A DNA stretch of 64,000 bases from a virus. Taxonomy: Duplodnaviria; Heunggongvirae; Uroviricota; Caudoviricetes. The notes beneath the pieces are model-generated. The model was not told the origin of the DNA and searched no databases. It was given only the letters and a program-made list of their open reading frames with translations. Position 1 is the first letter of the stretch, and each line of letters starts with the position of its first letter. Below are positions 35,477 through 43,662 of this stretch, in pieces. The translations under genes were made by a program, and so were the position numbers. The stretch lies in the IMG/VR virus record IMGVR_UViG_3300045391_007586; one strand, written 5' to 3'.

Positions 35477-36472
35477 TTACTCCTTGATATGAAGGGCGCG
35501 CGCCGATTCCCATTCGAGCGCGGTGTAATCAAAGGCGAACTCGTTGACGCCGGCTCCGACCACGTAACCCTCAACGATGATTGGCGAGCCGCCCGTGACC
35601 GGCAGAAAGATCGGCGTTTGCGGATTGGCGTAAGCAAGGTGGGTCACTTCCCGCTCAACAAATCCGTCCAGGTGAGCGAACTCGACGCCGGGGCCACCCA
35701 TGAGCGAGTCGTTATCGCGAAGCCCGCCAATAACGCCCATTTCGACCTCGCGACGCCAGCGCTCCGGGTTGGCAGACCACCACCATTCACGCGCACCGCG
35801 GCGGGTCCAGAATGCGTGCTCTTCCGACCACGCGAGCGACCCGTCGCCAAACGCCATGAGACGGCGTGGGCCGACAATATCCACGTGCAGGCGCTCGACG
35901 CGAGCTGGCCCGAGCGGACCCATCACCATGTCGCCGGACTGGATTGTCTCAATGCGACGCCACGTGCGGTCAGCCATAAGAACGCGGCTACCGGCCACAA
36001 AGCAGCAGCAGGCGCAATCGCAGTTGCAGTTGCAGTTGTAGGAGGTCGCCCCGGTCGTGTTGCAGTTGAACGCGGCTGCGTTCTGGGTGCAGTTGTAGGT
36101 GCAGGCGCAGTTGCAGTTCGGCTGAAGCCAGGCGCGTGAGTCGCAGTTCGTGCAATTGATAGCGTTGCAGTTGTTGCAGTTCGCGCTATACGAGTTGCAG
36201 GCGAAGCAATTCGAGCACTGGATGTTGCCGCAATTGCAGTTCGTCGGGCAGTTGCCGTTTGAACAGTTCGCGCAGTTGTTGCAGTTTCCGTTGTTGCAGT
36301 TGCCGTCCACGTTGCGCTGATACCAGGCGCGACCGTGCAGCGAGTTCAGGTTCGCAACCCCGTCCTTCGTGTTGTTGCGAACCCAATTCATGTCCATGTA
36401 GGCGTTGGATGCCCATCCGATCTCGCTATCGATCTGCGAAAAATAGATGGTCCCACTAGCGGGAAGTGTCAT
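35477..36472 (-). CDS. Cys/Asn-repeat protein with C-terminal Hint (intein/hedgehog-like) domain; candidate rSAM substrate
   Basis: Residues about 56-168 contain more than 20 NC dipeptides (NCNNGNCNNCANCSNGNC...NCNCNCDCACC), followed by CFVAGSRVLMADRTWRRIETIQSGDMV (Hint N-terminal pattern). Confidence 0.7.
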   Translation of the reverse strand: MTLPASGTIYFSQIDSEIGWASNAYMDMNWVRNNTKDGVANLNSLHGRAWYQRNVDGNCNNGNCNNCANCSNGNCPTNCNCGNIQCSNCFACNSYSANCNNCNAINCTNCDSRAWLQPNCNCACTYNCTQNAAAFNCNTTGATSYNCNCNCDCACCCFVAGSRVLMADRTWRRIETIQSGDMVMGPLGPARVERLHVDIVGPRRLMAFGDGSLAWSEEHAFWTRRGAREWWWSANPERWRREVEMGVIGGLRDNDSLMGGPGVEFAHLDGFVEREVTHLAYANPQTPIFLPVTGGSPIIVEGYVVGAGVNEFAFDYTALEWESARALHIKE

Positions 36473-37656
36473 TGCAGTTTTTTCTCCAATGCAGTGACTC
36501 GCCGACGCAGCGTCTTGACCTCGGCACGCGCCTTCTGAATTTCGGCGCGCGTCTCAACCACGAATTCCTTCAGTGCCTCGATCAGCAGCGGCGAGAGCTT
36601 GTCGTAAGCCACCGTGTCGTATTCGACGCCATCTGGCGATACCGCCGTTGTCGACACGGCTTCCGGCAGCACACGACGCACGTCAGGCGACATGACCCCG
36701 ACATCGCGCTTGCCCGGCTTGCCGATGATTGCGTGATCGCGCCACGTGAAGCGCACGCCATTGAGTGACAACACGCTGTTGAGCGCGTCCTTGATAGGCT
36801 CGACGTCCTCTTTCAGACGCGGGTCCGAATACGCACCGATGTTCCCGGCTGCGATCATGTCGCCCGTGCCGGTGTTGACATACCAGCGCCAGGCAGAAGC
36901 GCTCCACCCGCCGATGCCGAAGTAGCCATCGGCGCGCAGGTGCATTTGCAGACCCCAATTGCTCTGGCACAGGAACGAGAGCGCCGCCACGTTACCGTCG
37001 CCCGTGCCGCCGTTGTTCTGGATGGTCATCGACGAAACGTTGCCGGAAGTCGTCGAGCCAGCGGTAGGCACACTCGTTACGTGGCCCGTGAACTGACCGC
37101 CAGCAACCGGGAAGTAGTTGGCGGGGTTGAAATTGCCGGTATCCCACGGGGTAGCGCTGCCGAAAACCGGCCGCACAGCGAAGGTCGCAACGTCATTCGA
37201 GCCATACGTGACTGGCGCTGTAGCCGACGAGAAGTCGCCGGCCGTAGCAGTGTTGCGCTGAAGGATCATCGAGCCGCCGCTCGAAATCCATCGGAAGCGG
37301 CCCGCACCGTTTGATTGAGTCGAGTCGAGCCACGCAAGCTGTGGCGCTGCGTAGTTGAGGGAGACCGTGCCAGTGTGCGTGCCGCCAGCCAGCGGCATAT
37401 AAGAAGCCGCCACGTCCTGCGCGAAGATCGGCGTCTTGTTGAAGTCGCACACGAGCATCCAGACGCTCGGCGAGGTCGACGTGAGTTGGTAGAGCTTGTT
37501 CAGGTCTGTGCGGAAGCACGGCATTCCCACATACAGATTCGTAGTGGGAAATGCCGTGCCGGCGTTGCAAGAAATCGCCGTTTCATCGTTCGCCAGCAAC
37601 AGGCTGAGCGAGCTAAGCAGGCTGGTGTTCGGATCGACGTTTGTGAAACTTTGCAT
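36469..37656 (-). CDS. tail fibre protein with C-terminal intramolecular chaperone (peptidase S74) domain
   Basis: C-terminal SDPRLKEDVEPI...coiled-coil typical of the self-cleaving chaperone of tail spikes/fibres; Gly/Thr/Ser-rich central region. Confidence 0.75.
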   Translation of the reverse strand: MQSFTNVDPNTSLLSSLSLLLANDETAISCNAGTAFPTTNLYVGMPCFRTDLNKLYQLTSTSPSVWMLVCDFNKTPIFAQDVAASYMPLAGGTHTGTVSLNYAAPQLAWLDSTQSNGAGRFRWISSGGSMILQRNTATAGDFSSATAPVTYGSNDVATFAVRPVFGSATPWDTGNFNPANYFPVAGGQFTGHVTSVPTAGSTTSGNVSSMTIQNNGGTGDGNVAALSFLCQSNWGLQMHLRADGYFGIGGWSASAWRWYVNTGTGDMIAAGNIGAYSDPRLKEDVEPIKDALNSVLSLNGVRFTWRDHAIIGKPGKRDVGVMSPDVRRVLPEAVSTTAVSPDGVEYDTVAYDKLSPLLIEALKEFVVETRAEIQKARAEVKTLRRRVTALEKKLQ

Positions 37657-37753
37657 ACGCTTTAGACGAGAATCTGTCAGTGTTGACTGATTCTATCACG
37701 CGGTTTAGGCAGCAAATATAAGGTTTGGACCAGGCCGGCGTAAATGCGCATGA

Positions 37754-37978
37754 TCAGCCCGCCTTCTGCCCCATGATCAGTGCCATGCCGCCCATCATGT
37801 CGAACTCACCGGGCTCCAGCTCGGCGACGCGCACATGGTTGTATAGCTGCGTCTTGTCGACAGGCAGCGAATCGACAAGCGTGGTCGTCGTGCCGTCGCG
37901 ATGGTTGAAAGTCGCGCTGATCGTGTCGCCGGCATGCAGCAGAATAGGAGCGATGTCCTTCTCGTAGATGGTCTTCAT
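37754..37978 (-). CDS. hypothetical protein
   Basis: 74 aa; GGGGAAATT RBS; motif 1 copy at 37996-38015. Confidence 0.45.
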   Translation of the reverse strand: MKTIYEKDIAPILLHAGDTISATFNHRDGTTTTLVDSLPVDKTQLYNHVRVAELEPGEFDMMGGMALIMGQKAG

Positions 37979-38161
37979 AATTTCCCCAGTAAAATCACTC
38001 AGTTACGATTGAGTGTCGGTTTCGCGGTCGCCTGCGATTGCCGCGATTGGAGAGCCTTCGGCACCCAACGCCGTCAAGCCGGCGCGCATCACCGTGTGCG
38101 TCGCGTAGGCATTGATCTCAACCTTCGCCTTCTGCACGGTGTTCTCCATGTGCTCGCCGAA

Positions 38162-38701
38162 CTACTTCAGGACGAACGGAAGGTTCGAGACCAACTCCTG
38201 CCGCGACATGCGGATGTGCCCGATCAGTTGGTCCTTCTGCTTCTGGCTGATTTTCATTTCGTTGATCTGCTCGACCAACTTGTCCAGGTGCTTGAGCGCA
38301 TCACCCAACGTTTCGCGTGCCTCGCCCTCGAACTGGTCGATCCGCCGCTCCGGCTTCGGTAGGCCCGGAATCATTTCGTGGTTCCGCTCCACGAGCGTGC
38401 ATTGGACGCCCATGCCAACGTTGAAGCTGCTGACGAACTCGGCCCATTGAGCCTCCGACAGGTCGACCTCGATATAGGTCTTGCCTCCCATCGCCCAATC
38501 CCGACTCAGACTCCGGTGCAGCTCGGACGCGCGAATCGTCACGCGGACGAAGTGCTGATGCTGGAAATCGGACCCGTAGAGCATGGCGCCGCCGCTGACC
38601 CGGCTGACCGCTATCTGGGCGAACGCCGGGTGACGCACAATGTCTTCTTCGATTCCAGGCGAGCTGCGATGCTCGACGGTTGGCTGCTGAATCTCTCTCA
38701 T
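38162..38701 (-). CDS. hypothetical protein
   Basis: Trimmed to MREIQQ with GGGGGAG RBS. Confidence 0.5.
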   Translation of the reverse strand: MREIQQPTVEHRSSPGIEEDIVRHPAFAQIAVSRVSGGAMLYGSDFQHQHFVRVTIRASELHRSLSRDWAMGGKTYIEVDLSEAQWAEFVSSFNVGMGVQCTLVERNHEMIPGLPKPERRIDQFEGEARETLGDALKHLDKLVEQINEMKISQKQKDQLIGHIRMSRQELVSNLPFVLK

Positions 38702-38712
38702 GCTGCTCCCCC

Positions 38713-39918
38713 TCACGCCCCCTTGACGCACAGGACTTGCTTCAGCGTGTGGACGACTTCGACCAGATCGGTCTGGTTCGCCATCACCACGTCGATCGGC
38801 TTGTAGGCGCCCGGAATTTCATCCAGCACCGCGTCATCCTTGCGGCACTCGACGCCGGCCGTCTGCGCCTTCAGGTCGTCCAGATTGAACAACTTCCGGG
38901 CCTTCGCGCGGCTCATCTGCCGCCCTGCCCCGTGCGAGCACGAGCAATAGGACTGCACATTGCCCTTGCCGCGCACGATGTAGCTGCGCTGGCCCATCGA
39001 GCCGGGAATGATCCCGAGATCGCCTTCACGTGCGCGAATGGCACCCTTGCGCGTAACCCACAGGTTCTTGCCGAAGTGGTTCTCCCGCGCAATGTAGTTG
39101 TGGTGGCAGTTGATTGCCTCCTGCGTGATCGAGAACTCAACCGGGATGTGACGGCGCAGCGCCGCGATCGTCGCATCCATCATGACGCGGCGGTTCTCCA
39201 GCGCATACTGCTGCGCCCACTCGACAGCCTTCACGTAGTCGTTGAAGTCTTCGGTGTCTTCCGGCAGATACGCCAGGTCAGCGTCGGGCAGGCGGATGAA
39301 GTAGCCCTCCATCGTCTTCTTCGCCTTCTCGATGAAGTAGCTGCCGATCATGTTGCCGATGCCGCGCGAGCCCGAGTGCAGCATGATCCACACATCCTCG
39401 TTCTCGTCGAGGCACAGTTCGATGAAGTGGTTGCCGGAGCCGAGCGAGCCGAGCTGGTGCCACGCCTTGTCGAACACCTTGTCGCCGAGCGCCTGCTTGA
39501 TGCAGGGCGTGTCGTGGAACGCTCGCCACAGCGGGTGGACGCCTATGTCGTGTCCAGGCGGAAGGTAGCCTCTCTCGTGAGACCCGCCAGCGCCGAGCGG
39601 CACGTCACGCTCGATCTGATGGCGAATTGCGGTGAGACTTTCCGGGAGATCGCTCGCCTTCAGCGACAGACGAACCGCGTTCATGCCACAGCCGATGTCG
39701 ACGCCGACCGCAGCCGGGATGATCGCCTTTTCGGTCGCGATGACCGAGCCGACCGTCGCGCCCTTGCCTGCATGCACGTCGGGCATCAGCGCAACGCCGT
39801 TGTGATGGATGAACGGCAGGCGCGCGATGTTCTTCGCCTGTTGCAGCGCTTCATCCTCAATATCGGTCGTCCATACCTTGATCGGACGGCCACCCTCTTC
39901 CTGAATGACTTGCTTCAT
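38713..39918 (-). CDS. rtcB: RtcB-family RNA ligase
   Basis: Conserved RtcB motifs including SHGAGR, HNGVALMPDVHAGKG and CHHNY. Confidence 0.85.
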   Translation of the reverse strand: MKQVIQEEGGRPIKVWTTDIEDEALQQAKNIARLPFIHHNGVALMPDVHAGKGATVGSVIATEKAIIPAAVGVDIGCGMNAVRLSLKASDLPESLTAIRHQIERDVPLGAGGSHERGYLPPGHDIGVHPLWRAFHDTPCIKQALGDKVFDKAWHQLGSLGSGNHFIELCLDENEDVWIMLHSGSRGIGNMIGSYFIEKAKKTMEGYFIRLPDADLAYLPEDTEDFNDYVKAVEWAQQYALENRRVMMDATIAALRRHIPVEFSITQEAINCHHNYIARENHFGKNLWVTRKGAIRAREGDLGIIPGSMGQRSYIVRGKGNVQSYCSCSHGAGRQMSRAKARKLFNLDDLKAQTAGVECRKDDAVLDEIPGAYKPIDVVMANQTDLVEVVHTLKQVLCVKGA

Positions 39919-39933
39919 GGTTCTCCTACCCGG

Positions 39934-40353
39934 TTAAAGTTCCTGATAACCCTTGCTCACGAGCCGGTCGCCGAGCTTCTTCATGAAGTCGGCCGCTTCC
40001 GCACTCGTGTGAAATTCCTTCACGGTTTCGTCGTGGTTCACTCCCGCGAGCCATTGCGTCACAGTGACCTTTTGCTCGCCCGCCACGCGCTTGATGACCA
40101 TTACGGTGTCGCGAAGCACATAGGACCGCTTCTCGACCGTTTTATGCCCTTGCAACACTGCTTGCGATTCGCTCACCGCGGCAGTAACGTCGCGCGGGAC
40201 GAGCCCCGCGCTGATGAGCCACACAACATCCATTCCCGTGCTGAACTGGTCTTTCGTCAGCTTGCCGTGATCGAGCCCGGTGCAAAGAAACGCGAGTGCG
40301 TCATAGGTCTTGCGGGCAATCTCATCCTTCAGCAGTGGCGGTTCACCGTTCAT
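39934..40353 (-). CDS. hypothetical protein
   Basis: 139 aa; GAGAGGGAG RBS; motif 1 copy at 40415-40440. Confidence 0.5.
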   Translation of the reverse strand: MNGEPPLLKDEIARKTYDALAFLCTGLDHGKLTKDQFSTGMDVVWLISAGLVPRDVTAAVSESQAVLQGHKTVEKRSYVLRDTVMVIKRVAGEQKVTVTQWLAGVNHDETVKEFHTSAEAADFMKKLGDRLVSKGYQEL

Positions 40354-40452
40354 TAACTCCCTCTCATGCGCAACACTGCGCGAACAGCACTAATGGTAAA
40401 GACGATCGCCCGAACAGTCAATCAGTTGCGACTGACTATCCGGGCGCGTCTT

Positions 40453-41091
40453 TTAGTGCAGACTTAGACCAGCCTGCTTCAGCCGGAGAGCAGCGAAGTG
40501 CGCCTCACGAATCACGGAACCGACACAGTAATCCACCGCCTCGACCCGCTCTCCCAGGTCCGTCTTGTTGCGCTGGATGTAGCCGTGCGGCACATTCAGG
40601 CGCTCGTCGCAGATCAGGCCCAGGATCAGCGAGTTAAGGTGCTCGATATAGGCCCGGTTCGGCACAGCCTTCCCTTCCGCGTCCGCGATCTCGATGCCCG
40701 GTTGCACCAGCACAACGACGCCAAAGCGCTTGTTCGTGATGTCGAAACACTTCTGGACATACTGCGCGAACCGCTCCTGGTCCTCGTCGGACACGCGGTT
40801 GTTGATCGCTTCCGCCATCGTGTAGCCGATCATGTCGAGCGGGGTTCGGTCAACGATCACGGTTTTGCCGGCATGGCGGGCAAAGATCGCGTCCACCCGG
40901 TCGAGGATGATTTCCTGCTGCGTCAGGCGTTCCGCGAACGTGTGCTCCTTCGTCAGGTCGAACCCGAGCTTCTTGTTGATGGCGCTCACCGACGTTTCGA
41001 CGAACTCGATTTCCGCCTGCTTTGCATACAGACGGGCAAGCGTCGTCTTTCCGGTGCGGTGCGCACCGCACAGTCCGATCATCATTGGCAC
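40453..41091 (-). CDS. P-loop NTPase / nucleoside(-monophosphate) kinase-like
   Basis: Walker A GAHRTGKTT at the N-terminus; about 210 aa, size and fold typical of small kinases. Confidence 0.6.
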   Translation of the reverse strand: MPMMIGLCGAHRTGKTTLARLYAKQAEIEFVETSVSAINKKLGFDLTKEHTFAERLTQQEIILDRVDAIFARHAGKTVIVDRTPLDMIGYTMAEAINNRVSDEDQERFAQYVQKCFDITNKRFGVVVLVQPGIEIADAEGKAVPNRAYIEHLNSLILGLICDERLNVPHGYIQRNKTDLGERVEAVDYCVGSVIREAHFAALRLKQAGLSLH

Positions 41092-41354
41092 TTCTCCTTC
41101 GACTTGTCGCAGTGGTGCGGCGGGACGATGACCGGCGTCACGACTGCACGCGGCGCGACAACAGGCTCGGCGATGTGCGGGGCCGCAACGGGATGTGCCG
41201 TCACTACTTCCACCGGGTGCGCAACCACGACCGGATGTGCCGCTACCACGACCGGGTGCGCTGCCACAGCCACCACCGCGTTCGCTTGACGCGTGTAGAC
41301 AACCATGCCGGCGACGATCAGCGCGGCGAGCAGATAGGTGCGCAGCTTCTTCAT
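41082..41354 (-). CDS. secreted repeat protein (AHPVVV repeats)
   Basis: Signal peptide then AAHPVVVAAHPVVVAHPVEVVTAHPVAAPH repeats. Confidence 0.45.
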   Translation of the reverse strand: MKKLRTYLLAALIVAGMVVYTRQANAVVAVAAHPVVVAAHPVVVAHPVEVVTAHPVAAPHIAEPVVAPRAVVTPVIVPPHHCDKSKEKCQ

Positions 41355-41995
41355 GCCGACACTCCTTCTTCCAGCAGCTCGCGCTCCGCAGCCGTGTCGC
41401 GGTTGACCGCCTGCTCGTTGCTGAAGGAGCCTGTCTTGTAACGGCCCTTCATCTTGTCGGTGAGCTTCTTGACGTTGAGCGCGTCGACTTCCTCGCGCGT
41501 CGCGCCGATCGCATCCAGCCCGAGCTCGCGATACCAGCCGCTATCGCCGAACTCTTCTTTCAGGTTCGCCATATCCAGCGGTTCGCCGGTCTCGAACGAC
41601 TTCTTGATCGCTTCCAGCAGCTCAGCATCTTCCGTGAAGCCGCCGAGCGCCGCGTGCAGCAGGCGGATGTCGACCGTCGCCAGGTCGGCGTTCGGGTATG
41701 CCTTTGCGAACATCAGGCGCGTCGTATCCGGGAGCTTGTCGTCGGAGCTATAGGTGTTGCTCAGCACGCCGTAGGCGAGCGCGTTGAGACCCGCTGCGGC
41801 GCTCTGCACGGCCGGGACGAACTTCGCCTTGTCGATCTCCTTGCCGTAGTAGACCGACCGCTTGAACTGATCCATGATCGTGCCGACAGCGACGGCCAGT
41901 TCCAGCATTTCAAGGAACGTGACCTTGTTCAAAGCGATGGTTTCCGGCTTGCTTTCCAGGGCCAGCACTGCTTCACGGTATTGCGTCGGATTCAT
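41351..41995 (-). CDS. MazG-like nucleotide pyrophosphohydrolase (tentative)
   Basis: All-alpha composition with EEFGDSGWYRELGLDAIG...REEVDALNVKKL resembling the MazG EExGDxxWY core. Confidence 0.4.
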   Translation of the reverse strand: MNPTQYREAVLALESKPETIALNKVTFLEMLELAVAVGTIMDQFKRSVYYGKEIDKAKFVPAVQSAAAGLNALAYGVLSNTYSSDDKLPDTTRLMFAKAYPNADLATVDIRLLHAALGGFTEDAELLEAIKKSFETGEPLDMANLKEEFGDSGWYRELGLDAIGATREEVDALNVKKLTDKMKGRYKTGSFSNEQAVNRDTAAERELLEEGVSA

Positions 41996-42022
41996 TGATG
42001 AAACTTTCCTGTCTGTGGTTGA

Positions 42023-42622
42023 TTAACGGAACTGCGGGCCGGCAATCCAGCCGACCAAGCTGCGACGAATACCCTTCGTCACGGGCGTGACCCGGTGCAA
42101 GCACCAGGACGGAAATGCGTGAACGTGGCCCGGAGTCTTCGGCACGGTCGTGGTCGAAATGCCGTTGAACTCCAGCTCACCGCCCTCGTATTCGTCAGGA
42201 TTCGAGAGCGGCACGACGACGGTCAGCTTGCGCGGCGCATCGGTCTTCAGACCCATGTCCATATGCCAGTCGTAGTGACCGGGCTTTTCAGGCGAGCCGT
42301 GATAGACCGTGTATTGCAGCGAGTCGACGAATCCGAACAGGTCGAATCCGAAAAACTTCGCGTTCAGGTCTGCCGCATACCGGCCGAGCGCCTTAAAGAG
42401 CCAGTCCGACTCGGGCGTGTGATCGATCCAGCCGACCTCGGTGCGCCGAATCTGCGCGAGCACTTCCACGTTCGTCTCGTTGAAGACGGTCGCCTGCTGC
42501 TTCTGCTGCTTCTCGCCGAGCTCGATGATCAGAGCGATGTCTGCGGGATCGAACGCACCGCGCCAGCATGCGTAGCTCTGGTCGAACTGCGGCGGGCCGG
42601 GAGGAATGAGATAGCCGTTCAC
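42023..42622 (-). CDS. 2OG-Fe(II) oxygenase (prolyl-4-hydroxylase-like)
   Basis: HMD...H (YDWHMDMG, HVHAFPSWCLH) and RRSLVGW 2OG-binding motif; GTG start after GGGAGG RBS. Confidence 0.7.
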   Translation of the reverse strand: MNGYLIPPGPPQFDQSYACWRGAFDPADIALIIELGEKQQKQQATVFNETNVEVLAQIRRTEVGWIDHTPESDWLFKALGRYAADLNAKFFGFDLFGFVDSLQYTVYHGSPEKPGHYDWHMDMGLKTDAPRKLTVVVPLSNPDEYEGGELEFNGISTTTVPKTPGHVHAFPSWCLHRVTPVTKGIRRSLVGWIAGPQFR

Positions 42623-43464
42623 GCTGCCTCCCGCTCCAGCATTTCGCTTTCCACCGCCTGACGGAACTGGAACCAGCCCCGGAAGTTCTTGCACCACTCG
42701 CGCTCGAACGGCAGCGGAAAACCTTGATGCTCGGTCGGCGACGCATGCAGCGGACGCGAGCCAACCAGGCGCTCGAAGAGCCCCTTGTCCTTTTCGATGT
42801 TCGGCTCCTGGCCGTCGTGCGTCAGATACGACGTGCGGGCGCAGCGAGCCGCCGAGATTTCAGCGAGAAACCACGGGTTGACGCCGCGAACGTTGCGCTC
42901 TTCGGCGGTCACATACGGCAAGTGCCAGTTCTCGACATCGTTCTCGTTGTAGGAGCGGTAAGTCGGATGCGACGCCGCAATCGCGCGCTTCATCTGGATC
43001 GCCAGCTCGCGAATCTCCGGCTGTGCGTCCTCGTGATCGCGAAGCTCGAAGAAGTTCTCCCACTCCGTTGCCGTGACGACTACGCTGATATGCAGGAACG
43101 GCTCCAGCACGCGGTTGACGACCTGCTTGTGAAGGCCGAGCGCTGCCAGTGCTTCTGCCCGATCGGCAGCAGAGTTCGCCGCCCATCGCCAGTTAGAGAC
43201 GCACGTCGCCCAATCCGCTTGCTCTGCCTTCGCCTGCATGCCAGGTTGGTTGAGGCCCCAATGGATCGGCATGGCCGGATCGTTGCGAACCTGCTCGATC
43301 ATCTTGGCGACCGGGATCGCACGCGACGAGCTGGCGTTGCGGCTGAAGACGCGATGGGTCATTACTTCGCTGTGGATGAACCGCGGATAGCGCAGTTGCA
43401 GCGTCGCGAGGCGAATGCCGTGCGGGCTGATCGAATCCTCGATCATTTTGGCTTCGATTGTCAT
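42619..43464 (-). CDS. thyX: flavin-dependent thymidylate synthase
   Basis: ThyX RHR motif (MTHRVFSRNASSSRA). Confidence 0.85.
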   Translation of the reverse strand: MTIEAKMIEDSISPHGIRLATLQLRYPRFIHSEVMTHRVFSRNASSSRAIPVAKMIEQVRNDPAMPIHWGLNQPGMQAKAEQADWATCVSNWRWAANSAADRAEALAALGLHKQVVNRVLEPFLHISVVVTATEWENFFELRDHEDAQPEIRELAIQMKRAIAASHPTYRSYNENDVENWHLPYVTAEERNVRGVNPWFLAEISAARCARTSYLTHDGQEPNIEKDKGLFERLVGSRPLHASPTEHQGFPLPFEREWCKNFRGWFQFRQAVESEMLEREAA

Positions 43465-43658
43465 GCCGCCTCCTTCACAAGTTCGCCAGTCACGGCGATT
43501 GCAGAGTTACCCATCAGAATCGCTTCAACAGCCACATCCGGGCGGCTGTAGTTGTTGATGTCCAGCGTCAGACGCTCCAGGTCCGAGTTGCAGTCCGGGT
43601 AGTTGTCCGGGTTGATCTCGTATTCGAGCGTGTGCTGGATGGTGATACGTGCCCTTGC
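43461..43658 (-). CDS. hypothetical protein
   Basis: Trimmed to MARARITIQ with GAGGA RBS. Confidence 0.35.
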   Translation of the reverse strand, partial: ARARITIQHTLEYEINPDNYPDCNSDLERLTLDINNYSRPDVAVEAILMGNSAIAVTGELVKEAA

Positions 43659-43662
43659 CATT

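Noticed and set aside
38003-38149. 48-aa minus-strand ORF (MENTVQKAKVEINAYATHTVMRAGLTALGAEGSPIAAIAGDRETDTQS)
   Set aside because: Weak RBS, and its stop overlaps the motif 1 copy at 37996-38015; plausible but too uncertain to list as a feature.
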